The notes below the pieces were generated by a model, which was not told the DNA's origin, did no database searches, and worked only from the letters and a program-made list of their open reading frames with translations. From Planctomycetota bacterium (GTDB lineage: Bacteria; Planctomycetota; UBA11346), in NCBI GenBank assembly GCA_027859175.1, contig JAQIBG010000003.1, positions 1-62,025 of the forward strand: a DNA stretch of 62,025 nt, written 5' to 3'. Below, in pieces: positions 8,727-18,811 of the stretch (positions are counted from its first letter, which is position 1; the number at the start of each line of letters is the position of its first letter). A program made the translations under genes and the position numbers.

Positions 8727-9593
8727 ATGACCAGCAGGCAGCGCCGGAGAGTCGCCATCCGATTCTCGCACATCAGCGAGGAAGCCTCGATCACAGCAAT
8801 CGGCCGCCCGCAGTTCAAATTAAAGCGCTACGCCATTGGTGGCCTCGAGATGCAATCCGCGCTCAATCTGAGAAACGCGCCAAGCGATGCCAGCTGCGAT
8901 GCCACACCGCCAAACCAGGCGAATAGCCCAGCAAAAACACCCAAGGTTGCTGATGATCCGATCCACCTAGCGAGCTTCCATCATGCCGTCCATTTTGCTG
9001 ACCCCGCCATGCCTCTGAAGCCTGACCCCGCGTCGATCACGGAGGGTCCGGAAGCGACGCTGATCCGCGATGCGCTCCAGTCCCTATGCCATGAACATCG
9101 TTTGATCGAAGACCAGATCACCGCCCTGACCACGGCGCGAGCGAACCAACCCGAATCCATAGGCCACATCAGATCGACGCCGAAGCTGGCCACGATACAG
9201 CACTTGATCCAAACCATCCACCGCGAACAAGAGATCGAGATCTTCCCCCTACTGGCCGACCATCAGAGGCTCGACCTCGACCAGCTGCTCCTCATCTGGA
9301 CCCGCGTTGAGGGCACCGCCGATTTGCTGCGCATGCGTGCCTTTCCTGGCTTGCAGCCAGCCAGCACTGGCCTGAAACCAGGGCTTGACGCCACAAATGA
9401 CCCAGAGGATGACGCTGAGAGTCAGGCCCTGCAGTCTGCGCTCATGGCCCACGCCGGCAACGAACTGCAACTGATCAGAGCCATCATCGATCGCCACTGT
9501 GACGACGATGGAAGCCCAAACCCACTACTCCTGCAACTCCAACACAAACGCGGCTTCATGACACCAGGCCCAACCACTGATCACACCGCCTGA
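8727..9593 (+). CDS. Hypothetical protein with hemerythrin (HHE)-like His/Glu motifs
   Basis: GGAAGG lies 7 nt upstream of the ATG at 8727. Motifs LCHEHRLIEDQI, IHREQEIEIFPLLADH and AHAGNELQLIRAIIDRH resemble HHE cation-binding helices. No firm family call. An alternative ATG lies at 8850. Confidence 0.45.
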   Translation: MTSRQRRRVAIRFSHISEEASITAIGRPQFKLKRYAIGGLEMQSALNLRNAPSDASCDATPPNQANSPAKTPKVADDPIHLASFHHAVHFADPAMPLKPDPASITEGPEATLIRDALQSLCHEHRLIEDQITALTTARANQPESIGHIRSTPKLATIQHLIQTIHREQEIEIFPLLADHQRLDLDQLLLIWTRVEGTADLLRMRAFPGLQPASTGLKPGLDATNDPEDDAESQALQSALMAHAGNELQLIRAIIDRHCDDDGSPNPLLLQLQHKRGFMTPGPTTDHTA

Positions 9594-9654
9594 CGAGTCA
9601 CCTGCCAGGAACCACGGCGGTCAGACAAACGCTCCTGATTCGCTGGTCTCAGCT

Positions 9655-12150
9655 TCAGATCCGAGCCCGACGCAAGCGCAAGGCATTGCCGATAACCGAG
9701 ACCGAGCTAAACGACATGGCCGCCGCGGCGATCATGGGGTTGAGCAAGAGCCCGAAAACGGGGAACAGCACACCGGCAGCAATCGGAATACCCAAGGCGT
9801 TGTAGGCAAAAGCAAAAAACAGGTTCTGGCGAATATTGCGCATGGTGGCACGGCTCAGGCGGCGGGCGCGCACAATGCCGCGCAAATCGCCCTTTACCAA
9901 AGTCACCCCGGCCGACTGCATCGCCACATCGGTACCGGTGCCCATGGCGATGCCAACCTGGGCCTGAGCCAGCGCCGGAGAGTCATTGATGCCATCTCCG
10001 GCCATGGCGACCGTTCGCCCTTCCGCCTGGAGACGCTTAACCGCGTCGACCTTTTGTTCGGGTAACACATCGGCAATCACCTCATCGATGTCGAGTCGCG
10101 CAGCCACCGCTTCTGCCGTGCGGCGATTGTCACCAGTGAGCATCACCACCCGCAACCCTTCGTGGTGCAGGTCGCGCAGGGCCTCAGCACTGGTTTCCTT
10201 GATCGGATCAGACACCGCCACCACGCCGGCCGCGCGTCCGTCGGCGGCCACAAACATGGCGGTGGCCCCGTCATCACGCAGGCGGTCGGCAACCTGTTCC
10301 AGCGCCTCCACCGCAACGCCCTCTTGGTGCATCAAGGCAAGATTGCCGAAGACCACGCGAACACCGTCAACAATGCCGATGACCCCCTTGCCGGTCACCG
10401 AATCAAACTCTTCGGCATCAACCAGAGCCAATTCGCGCGCCTCGGCACCGCGCACAATCGCAGCGGCAAGTGGATGCTCGCTGGCTTTATCAAGGCTGGC
10501 TGCCAAGCGAAGCACCTCCTCCGCATCGAAACCCGAGCTCGGCTCCACCGCCGTCAACTCAGGATGGCCACGCGTAAGCGTTCCCGTTTTGTCAACCAGC
10601 AAGGTGTCAACCTGCCGCATCACCTCAATCGCCTCGGCGTTCCGGAACAAAATACCAAGCTTGGCCCCCTTGCCGGTCGCCACCATAATCGACATCGGCG
10701 TTGCCAGGCCAAGCGCACAAGGGCAGGCAATAATCAGCACGCCGATCGCATTGACGAGGGCGAAGGCCAGCGCTGGGGCAGGGCCAAACGCGGCCCATAC
10801 GCCGAAAGTGATCACTGCGCTCAACACCACCGCGGGCACAAACCACGCCGCCACACGGTCGGCTAGGCGTTGGATCGGCGCGCGACTGCGCTGAGCCTCG
10901 GCAACCATCTGTACGATCTGAGCCAATAAGGTCTCACCACCAACCTTGCGGGCTTCCATGACCAATCCGCCGGTGCCGTTGATCGTAGCCCCAACAACAT
11001 GGTCACCGGGTGCCTTATCGACCGGCATCGCCTCGCCGCTTATCATAGACTCGTCAACCGTGCTGGTCCCGGAGAGCACCTCGCCATCAACCGGAACCTT
11101 TTCACCAGGCCGCACACGCAGATGGTCGCCAACTCGCACCTGATCGAGCAGTACGTCTTCGTCTTCGCCATCGGGGGTAATCCGCCGCGCGGTTTTTGCC
11201 GCCAGTCCAAGCAAAGACCGGACAGCAGCTCCAGTCGCATTGCGGGCGCGCAACTCGAGAACCTGCCCCAATAACACCAAGCTGACGATGACCGCAGCGG
11301 CCTCAAAATACACGGCCGGTCGACCAGATTCCTGGCGAAACCCAGCCGGGAAGATCCCAGGCGCTAAAACCGCCACGAGGCTGTACAGGTAAGCGACGCC
11401 AACACCGATACCGATGAGCGTAAACATATTCAATTTCATGGTGCGCAGCGAGCGCCAACAGCGCACGAAAAACGGCCAAGCACCGTAAACCACTACGGGC
11501 GTGGCGAGCACTAATTCCAACCAAGCGGCAAGTCCGGCCCCAAGCCAATTGCGGACTGGATGCCCAATAAGCATGTCGCCCATGACGTAGATCACGATCG
11601 GTACCGTAAAGACAAGGCTTACCCAAAAACGCCGCCGCATGTTCAGATATTCTGGATCTGCCTTCTGATCGGCGTCAGGGCGGTGTGGCTGCAAGGCCAT
11701 CCCGCAGAGCGGGCAGTCACCTGGCTGTTCGCGTTCGACTTCCGGATGCATCGGACAGGTGTACGTGCTTGCTGGGCCCGCAACGGGCTCGGATGCCTCA
11801 AGGGCCATGCCGCACTCAGGACACGAACCAGGACCCGCCTCACGGACCGCCGGGTGCATCGGGCAGGTATAGACCGCGGCATCGCCACGCTGAACCGGTT
11901 CACCCCCACGCGGAGCCTGGTCATGCGAGCCGTGCTCACCATGACAACAACCACCCTCCTGGGCCTCAGGTGCCTTTGGGTCCGCTGGCGCTGCGTAGCG
12001 CTGGGGCTCTGCTTCAAAGCGCTTCTGGCACGCACTGCTGCAAAAGCGCCAGTGTCGGCCATCGTAGTCGACCTGATGCGCGTCCGCTTCTTCATCGACA
12101 ATCATGCCGCACACCGGATCACGCTGGCCTGCGTCGTTCTGCTTACCCAT
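9655..12150 (-). CDS. copA: Cu(I)/Ag(I)-translocating P1B-type ATPase with an N-terminal TRASH/YHS module and two CPMHP...CPxCGM metal-binding modules
   Basis: P-type ATPase motifs: CPC ([13 protein letters not shown]), [17 protein letters not shown] and TGES-like SGEAMPV. The N-terminus carries [60 protein letters not shown] and [18 protein letters not shown]. No classical GMTCxxC HMA domain is present. Start taken at the internal ATG 12150. Confidence 0.9.
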   Translation of the reverse strand: MGKQNDAGQRDPVCGMIVDEEADAHQVDYDGRHWRFCSSACQKRFEAEPQRYAAPADPKAPEAQEGGCCHGEHGSHDQAPRGGEPVQRGDAAVYTCPMHPAVREAGPGSCPECGMALEASEPVAGPASTYTCPMHPEVEREQPGDCPLCGMALQPHRPDADQKADPEYLNMRRRFWVSLVFTVPIVIYVMGDMLIGHPVRNWLGAGLAAWLELVLATPVVVYGAWPFFVRCWRSLRTMKLNMFTLIGIGVGVAYLYSLVAVLAPGIFPAGFRQESGRPAVYFEAAAVIVSLVLLGQVLELRARNATGAAVRSLLGLAAKTARRITPDGEDEDVLLDQVRVGDHLRVRPGEKVPVDGEVLSGTSTVDESMISGEAMPVDKAPGDHVVGATINGTGGLVMEARKVGGETLLAQIVQMVAEAQRSRAPIQRLADRVAAWFVPAVVLSAVITFGVWAAFGPAPALAFALVNAIGVLIIACPCALGLATPMSIMVATGKGAKLGILFRNAEAIEVMRQVDTLLVDKTGTLTRGHPELTAVEPSSGFDAEEVLRLAASLDKASEHPLAAAIVRGAEARELALVDAEEFDSVTGKGVIGIVDGVRVVFGNLALMHQEGVAVEALEQVADRLRDDGATAMFVAADGRAAGVVAVSDPIKETSAEALRDLHHEGLRVVMLTGDNRRTAEAVAARLDIDEVIADVLPEQKVDAVKRLQAEGRTVAMAGDGINDSPALAQAQVGIAMGTGTDVAMQSAGVTLVKGDLRGIVRARRLSRATMRNIRQNLFFAFAYNALGIPIAAGVLFPVFGLLLNPMIAAAAMSFSSVSVIGNALRLRRARI

Positions 12151-12325
12151 GTTCTCGACTCCTCGTCGCCATGTGTACGTCCAACCAGCCTTGGCTAGCG
12201 GTTCCGAGTTCCATGAGATGGCAACCAACTTCACACAGAACGCGATCCTATCGCAACGTCAGCGTCCGCCGGGCGGGGGCCGTAAAGAACCAAGCTCAGC
12301 ACGCAACACCAACAACCCTACTCCA

Positions 12326-13795
12326 TTACGAATGAGCTGTCGCCTCCTCAGATGCCTGATGCTCATGCTCGTGCTCATGCTCGTGCTCGTGCTCGTGCCC
12401 GTGCTCGTGCCCGTGCTCATGCCCCTCGGGTGGCGGCCCTCGCAGGCGGAAATAGACCAACTCCATCACCAACAAGCCAAGCATGATAGCCAGGGCAACC
12501 GCCAGAATTGCGGGATCCTGCTCGAACTTGACAAGCAGGAAGCCACTCAAGACCAAGGCATCAAGACCGATCGCCGTCCAGAGAATCGCCGCACGCGGCT
12601 GCAACTCCTGTCGGAGATGCCGCCACACGCCCCAGTGCAACGCAATATCCATAGTAAGATAGAAAATAATGCCAAGAGCGGCAATTCGCGACAGGTCAAA
12701 AAAGGCCGTCAAAACCAGACCAAGCACAACCGTGTAGACGAGAGTGTGCTGTTGGATGTCACCTGGCATGCGAAAGTGGCTATGTGGCACCAATCGCATC
12801 TCGGTCAACATCGCCAACATGCGAGAGACCGCAAAGATACTTGCCAGCAGTCCTCCTGCCGTGGCCGTCATCGCCAGAATGACGGTAAACCACACGCCAA
12901 CATCACCGAGCACTGGCCGGGCAGCCGCAGCGAGCGCATAGTCACGTTTGGCGACTATCTCATCCAGCGACAGATTAACCACGACGGCAGCCCCAACCAA
13001 TCCATAGATCACGATACACAAGGCAATCGCGATGATAATTGCCCGACCAACATTGCGACGCGGATCAACGATCTCTGAACCACTATTGGTAATTGTGGTA
13101 AACCCTTTGAAAGCAAGAATACCAAGTGCTGTCGCGCCCAAGAACCCAGCTATCGACATGTCGCCCTCAGGACTAACAGTCGGAATGGCGCCCGACCACG
13201 ATTCAGCGAGTGTCAGGCCGACAATGGCAAATACCGCGATACCAACAACTTTGATCACGCCTAGAGACCCAGCGACACGACCAATCCACTTGGTCCCTGC
13301 CAGATTGACTGCAAACACTAGCAATATCAGGCCAACGCCAAGGCCAGGCACCAAGTAGCCGGCTGCGTCGCCAGCTCCCGGCCACAATTGCACGGCATAG
13401 GAGCCGAAGGTTCGCGCCAGGAAGCTTTGCGCAATCACCATAGAACTGTACATGAGCAGCGCATGAAAAGCGGTCGTCACGCTTGGGCCGTAGGCCTTCT
13501 CGAGAAACATCCCGATGCCACCAGCCGACGGGAACTTATGTGACAATAAGACATAAGAATAGGCGCTGAAACCAACAACGATTGCGGCAACCAGGAAAGC
13601 CACAGGGAACAAGGCCCCGGTCATGCCGGCCATCTGCCCAGTCAGGGCAAAAATACCGGCACCAATCATCACCCCAGTCCCTAGCCATACCGAGCCTGCC
13701 AGGGACAGCGAACCTTCGGCGTAGTCAGGGCTCTTGTTTTCCGCATTAGATTTCATCTGAGCTTTCACCTTCTTGTTGTCAACTGAGCCAAGCAT
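12326..13795 (-). CDS. APC-superfamily amino-acid/polyamine permease with a C-terminal (His-Glu/His-Gly)n tail
   Basis: About 12 hydrophobic segments. The N-terminal part, LSLAGSVWLGTGVMIGAGIFALTGQMAG, is typical of APC permeases. The tail reads PEGHEHGHEHGHEHEHEHEHEHEHQASEE. Confidence 0.85.
   Translation of the reverse strand: MLGSVDNKKVKAQMKSNAENKSPDYAEGSLSLAGSVWLGTGVMIGAGIFALTGQMAGMTGALFPVAFLVAAIVVGFSAYSYVLLSHKFPSAGGIGMFLEKAYGPSVTTAFHALLMYSSMVIAQSFLARTFGSYAVQLWPGAGDAAGYLVPGLGVGLILLVFAVNLAGTKWIGRVAGSLGVIKVVGIAVFAIVGLTLAESWSGAIPTVSPEGDMSIAGFLGATALGILAFKGFTTITNSGSEIVDPRRNVGRAIIIAIALCIVIYGLVGAAVVVNLSLDEIVAKRDYALAAAARPVLGDVGVWFTVILAMTATAGGLLASIFAVSRMLAMLTEMRLVPHSHFRMPGDIQQHTLVYTVVLGLVLTAFFDLSRIAALGIIFYLTMDIALHWGVWRHLRQELQPRAAILWTAIGLDALVLSGFLLVKFEQDPAILAVALAIMLGLLVMELVYFRLRGPPPEGHEHGHEHGHEHEHEHEHEHEHQASEEATAHS
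12359..12424. repeat. Hexanucleotide microsatellite, 11 units of (a/g)tgc(t/c)c, encoding the His-Glu/His-Gly tail
   Basis: Read directly from the sequence: atgctc atgctc gtgctc atgctc gtgctc gtgctc gtgccc gtgctc gtgccc gtgctc atgccc. Confidence 0.9.
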
Positions 13796-14015
13796 GCCGA
13801 AACACTCGACACCGCAGTCGGCCTATTCATCCGGGGTACTCCCAAGGCACCCTCAAGTGCCACCCCAACTCCTGCCGGAACGGTCATATCGCTCAGCTTT
13901 AACTATGTCACCGACGCCTGGATACTTCACCATAGTGTAGCCGTGCAGATCCATATGCGGGCGCGTTTTCAACTGACTCCGACAGGTCCGGGGCAAGCAT
14001 TCAAAGTAACGCCTG

Positions 14016-14897
14016 CTAAGGCAGGAAATAGTCACCTCCATAAATCAGTGATCCCCCGAAATGCCCAGCGATGGCAACCAGCACCGCCGTTGCGGAAACA
14101 GTCCAAAGCCATCCACGTGGCCGCGCAGGGCTGATGAGGCTACGACCAACGAAAATGCTGGATGCGAGCGCTAGGACGGCAACGGACGTCCCTGCCATTT
14201 GATGAGTCAACAGGATAGTCTCATTGCCAGGGTAGCTCGCTGAGGTCCACGTGGCCCAGCCAAACAGAGTCGCGATAAGCGCACTTGCGGTACCAACGTG
14301 GGTGCATACGAGTGCTGCATTGAGCACCCCCGTCACGGCCGGACGAACGACATGGACCCAGGCTAAGCCTGCTGCAAGCATCAACAAAGCCACAGGGAAG
14401 TGCACCAAAACAATATGAAACCGACCCAAGTAGGCTATCACGGCCCACACTCCGCTCTGTCCCCGATGGGTATCATGATCGTGAGAATCCTGCTCTGTAT
14501 GGTCGTCAGATCCTTCCCCTGCTTGATCGTCAGTGTCGTCAACCGACTTCACCCCTTCAATAGCGGCCCCTGGTTTCGCCTCATGACGGTCGCTATTCGC
14601 AGCATCGTCATGCGCGTGAACCGGCTCAGATTGAGCAGCCACTTGCTGGAGCTGCCAAGCACGCACATAGCGCGACGGGGCCTTCCTGAAGTCTCTTACG
14701 CAACCCCGACAGCAAACGCCATAAACAACACCGTCGTGCGTGACACTCAGCCCCGGAACAACCATTTCGTCAGTCGTCACAATACACATCTCATTTCCAG
14801 CTGACTCAACGACCGAGGCCGGAGCACTTGGAGCGAGCAGCACGACAAGAAGCAGTAACAAGAACTTCACGGATCCCCCCCTGCCAGTACGGCGCAT
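14016..14897 (-). CDS. Membrane protein: signal/anchor + TRASH/YHS-like module + His/Asp-rich linker + DUF2231-like 4-TM domain
   Basis: TRASH-like segment CIVTTDEMVVPGLSVTHDGVVYGVCCRGCVRDFRKAPSRY. Linker HAHDDAANSDRHE...GSDDHTEQDSHDHDTH. Membrane part FHIVLVHFPVALLMLA, followed by three more TM segments. Start taken at ATG 14897 (MRRTGRGGSVKFLLLLLVV). Confidence 0.65.
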   Translation of the reverse strand: MRRTGRGGSVKFLLLLLVVLLAPSAPASVVESAGNEMCIVTTDEMVVPGLSVTHDGVVYGVCCRGCVRDFRKAPSRYVRAWQLQQVAAQSEPVHAHDDAANSDRHEAKPGAAIEGVKSVDDTDDQAGEGSDDHTEQDSHDHDTHRGQSGVWAVIAYLGRFHIVLVHFPVALLMLAAGLAWVHVVRPAVTGVLNAALVCTHVGTASALIATLFGWATWTSASYPGNETILLTHQMAGTSVAVLALASSIFVGRSLISPARPRGWLWTVSATAVLVAIAGHFGGSLIYGGDYFLP

Positions 14898-14985
14898 GGA
14901 ACTCGGACATCCCCATGCCACAGCAATCCCCTACATGGCGAAAGCTGCAAGCAGACATACGTTTCGACAATCATCGCAAAGCGCC

Positions 14986-17900
14986 TCACGTGATAACCTT
15001 CCGTTCGTCCCCCGGGACTTCACCGATGCGTTCAACATCATTCTCGTCTGCTGCGCCCGGGTAGGTTCTCGCATGAATGAGGTACCAAATCACTGGGTAA
15101 AGGACCAACTCCGCGATAAAGCTGGTCGCTAGGCCGCCGATCATCGGAGCGGCCAAACGGCGCATGGTATCGGCACCAGCCCCCGCGCCCCACATCAAGG
15201 GCAGCAAGCCAATCATTGTGGTACAGACGGTCATCGTCTTCGGCCGTATACGCTGTACGGCGCCGTCGTGGATTGCCCACCACAGATCATCACGCGTGAC
15301 AAGACGCCCAGCTTTAGCAAACTTCTTGCAGCTATCCTCTAGGTAATGGAGCATTACCAATCCGGTCTCAGCATCGAGGCCAGCCAGGGCGATAATGCCA
15401 ACAGCAACTGCAACTGAGAAATTGTAGTCGAGCAAGTACAGCAGCCATACGGCGCCAATGGCACTGAACGGAACGGCAAGTAACACTATGCCCGTTTGGA
15501 TCCAGCTCCTCGTGGCCATGTAAAGCAGTAGCACAATTACCATAAACGCCAATGGAACGGCTACCATCAGCTTTGCATTGGCCTCTTCCATATATTCAAA
15601 CTGCCCTGACCAAATGATGCTATATCCTGGCGGTAGGGCGACCTTGCGGGCAATAACATCCTTGGCCTGAGAAACGTAGCCACCCATGTCGCTGATGTGA
15701 GGAGTCACATAGAGCCAGGACGTCGGCCGCGCATTTTCACTCTTGATCATGGGCGGACCCTTGCGCTCTGTAATCACCGCCAACTGACCGAGAGGGACCT
15801 GGGTTCCACCCGGCGTGCGAACAAGCACCTCTTTCAGCTGCTCAAGGTCCTCACGCAGTTCACGTGGATAGCGCAAGTTGACCGGGTAACGCTCTAATCC
15901 CTCAACAGTCCAGGTAACGGTCATCCCACCCAATGCAGTCATGATATGCGCCTGAACGTCGGCAACATCCAAGCCATATCGCTGAATCGCTAACCGGTCG
16001 ATGGCGATGTTGGTGTAATTTCCACCCGTAGCACGATCGGCGGCCACCGATGCTGTAATTGGAGCGATACCAGGATCCGTCCGTAGGACATTTTCGATCT
16101 CTTTGGTTACACTGCTGAGGACCTCCAAATCTGGACCCATAATCTTGACGCCAACGGGCGTCTTGATCCCGGTCGCAAGCATGTCAATCCGAGTTCGAAT
16201 CGGCATGGCACCGCGCGTCAAGGCGCCTGTTAGGCCAGGAATGCGCAGTACTTCATTCACGCCAGGAACCCAGGTACCGTTTGGCAATGCGTACCCATCC
16301 GTCAATTCATCGATAGTAATTGGACGATTATATCTAATTAGCCCCCACAACCACGTATCCTCACGTTGACGCCACTTCGACTTGTCCCGTTCCAGCGCAA
16401 TCGTTGTTTCTATCATCGTAAGGGGTGCAGGATCAGTCGCACTATCGGCACGACCCGCCTTGCCCATAACGCTGGCGACCTCGGGAAACTGAACCAGCAG
16501 CTTATCTGTCTGCTGAAGCAACTCCTTAGCCTTGGTGACCGACAAGCCGGGGTCGGTGTTCGGCATGTACAGGAAGTCACCTTCCTCAAGTGGCGGCATG
16601 AACTCAGAGCCAATTCGCGATGCCGGATACCATGTAACTGCAAACAAGACGACAGAAATGAGAATGACCGCATAACGAAAGCGCATTGCCAGGGCAAAGA
16701 CTGGGTTGTAAAGGACCTGAAGCAATCGCGACGTTGGATTCCGATCTTCTGGCAGCAGCCGCTGCGGCACGATGAGAACCAACGACAGAACTACCCAACT
16801 GATCGCCAATACCCCACGGTAAGAAGCCAAGCCAGCCATAGGAACAGAAAGAATCACCAGCGCTGGTAAAATGCTGATGGCGCCGGTGATGGCCCACGCC
16901 TTTCCGCGAGACCACGCCAGGGGGAGACTTCGCTCTGTTATAAACAAGCTCATTGCCACCGGGATCAGCGTAATTGAAAGAACCGCCGCAACACCCATCG
17001 CGAAGGTCTTCGTATAAGCCAATGGCGCGAACATGCGCCCGCTCTGTCCAGTCAAAACAAAGACCGGTATAAAACTAACCGTAATAATCAGCAAACTGAA
17101 GAACAGCGTCGGTCCAACTTCAGCAGCAGCATCAGCGATGACCGCCGAATTTGAGCGTTGAGGCGCACCCGCCGCGACGGCCTGCTTCTCTCGCTCCAGC
17201 GCATTATGGGCGTTCTCTACCATGATGATTGCAGAGTCCACCATAACACCGATGGCGATCGCTATGCCCCCTAGGCTCATAATATTGGCATTGATGCCCA
17301 GGACATGCATAAGGATCAAAGATCCGAGTACCCCCGTTGGCAACACCAATGCGGCAACAAGCGCGGACCGAGCATGAAGCAAAAACACAAGGACAATCAA
17401 CGAAACAACGAGAATCTCCTCAATCAACGTTCCCGTGAGCGTATGCACGGCACGGTTTATGAGGCCTGATCGGTCATAGGCCGTTACAACATCCACACCC
17501 GGTGGGAGCCCACCTTTGAGTTCGCCAAGGCGGGTCTTTACGCGCTCGATTGTTCGAAGCGCATTCTCGCCAAAACGCATCACAACAATCCCGCCAACGG
17601 TTTCGCCCTCGCCGTTCAACTCGGCAACACCACGGCGAATTTCGGGGCCGAGATTAACTGAGGCTACATCCCCAAGCGTGACGGGTTCTCCAGCAGATGT
17701 CACCTTGAGCGCGATCTTTTCCAGGTCAGAGATAACTCGCCGCCGGGACTCAGCAACAGCATCGATGCCGTCGCGGGCCGCCTCTTCAATCATCGCGTCG
17801 GTCAGTGTGCCCAAATAGCCTTGCCCAACGATCATGAACTCGGTCTCTGCTTGCTCAAGCAAGCGCCCGCCCACGTCTTGATTGCTTCTCTTGATAGCAT

Positions 17901-18807
17901 CCCTGATCTTGCCGAGGCTCAGGTCGTGCGCTTGCAACCGCACTGGGTCCACGGTCACCTGGTACTGCCTGATCATGCCGCCAACCGCAGCGATCTCACT
18001 GACGCCCTCGACGGTCGTGAGTTCATAACGCAGATACCAGTCCTGAATGCTCCGCAAATCTGCCAACGAAAGGTCTGGTCGCACCAAAGGCTGGCCACTC
18101 AACGGACACCGCGTTAGCGGCTTCCCGCCACTTTTCAGGTGCTCCCTCAATTGAAGATGTGCACGACGTACCTCAGGAGCCAAAGCCGGGTCCGGGTAGC
18201 TCTCGCCCGACTCGGGATCCAGCCATCGACGATAGGGCTCGGGGAATACTCGATGGTGCACCAAACGCCCCAACTGATCAGCGTCGACCGCCTCATCTGG
18301 AGATGCATACCAGGCATTCGTAGCCGGATCATGCCACAACCCTTCTGGGTGATCAGGGCAATAGGCACCCGTCGTCAGCATGTATTGGTAAACCCATCCG
18401 ACACCGGTCGCATCTGGCCCAAGCTGTGGCGACACGCCAGACGGCAAGCGTCCCGCAACAGTGCTTAACTGCTCCAGTACACGTGACCGCGCCCAATACA
18501 TATCAGTGCCGTCTTCAAAGATAATGTAGACGAAGCTCGACCCAAACATGCTGAAACCACGCACATTCTTGGTTTTGGGCACAGCTAGCATGGCGGTGGT
18601 GAGCGGATAGGTAACCTGATCCTCAATAATGCGTGGTGCCTGACCTGGGAACTCAGTGCGAATGATGACCTGCACATCCGACAAATCAGGAATCGCATCT
18701 ACTGTGATGGCCCGGGTGGTCCACAAGCCCCCGGCCACCAAAACCAGGGTCAGGAGAAGGACCATGAATCTATTGTTGATGCAGCCTCGAATGATCGCCG
18801 TAATCAT
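14986..18807 (-). CDS. cusA: CusA-type (monovalent Cu/Ag) HME-RND inner-membrane pump, unusually long (1273 aa)
   Basis: Colinear with E. coli CusA. The TM4 signature [24 protein letters not shown] (17212..17277) is the Cu/Ag type (E. coli: [24 protein letters not shown]). Extra segments are described in the findings. Confidence 0.9.
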   Translation of the reverse strand: [1273 protein letters not shown]

Positions 18808-18811
18808 GATT

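Noticed and set aside
9986-10894. 302-aa and 234-aa plus-strand ORFs inside copA
   Set aside because: They are antisense to the P-type ATPase core (DKTGT, CPC). Their composition is Ser/Thr/Ala/Arg-rich, typical of an artefact.
13796-14015. Possible riboswitch in the 220-nt leader of the APC permease (gctgag.., ggggtggcac.. elements reminiscent of TPP)
   Set aside because: The element order and spacing do not fit the TPP consensus or any other riboswitch consensus I can recall. Only short 5-bp hairpins are present. A covariance-model scan (Rfam/Infernal) would be needed.
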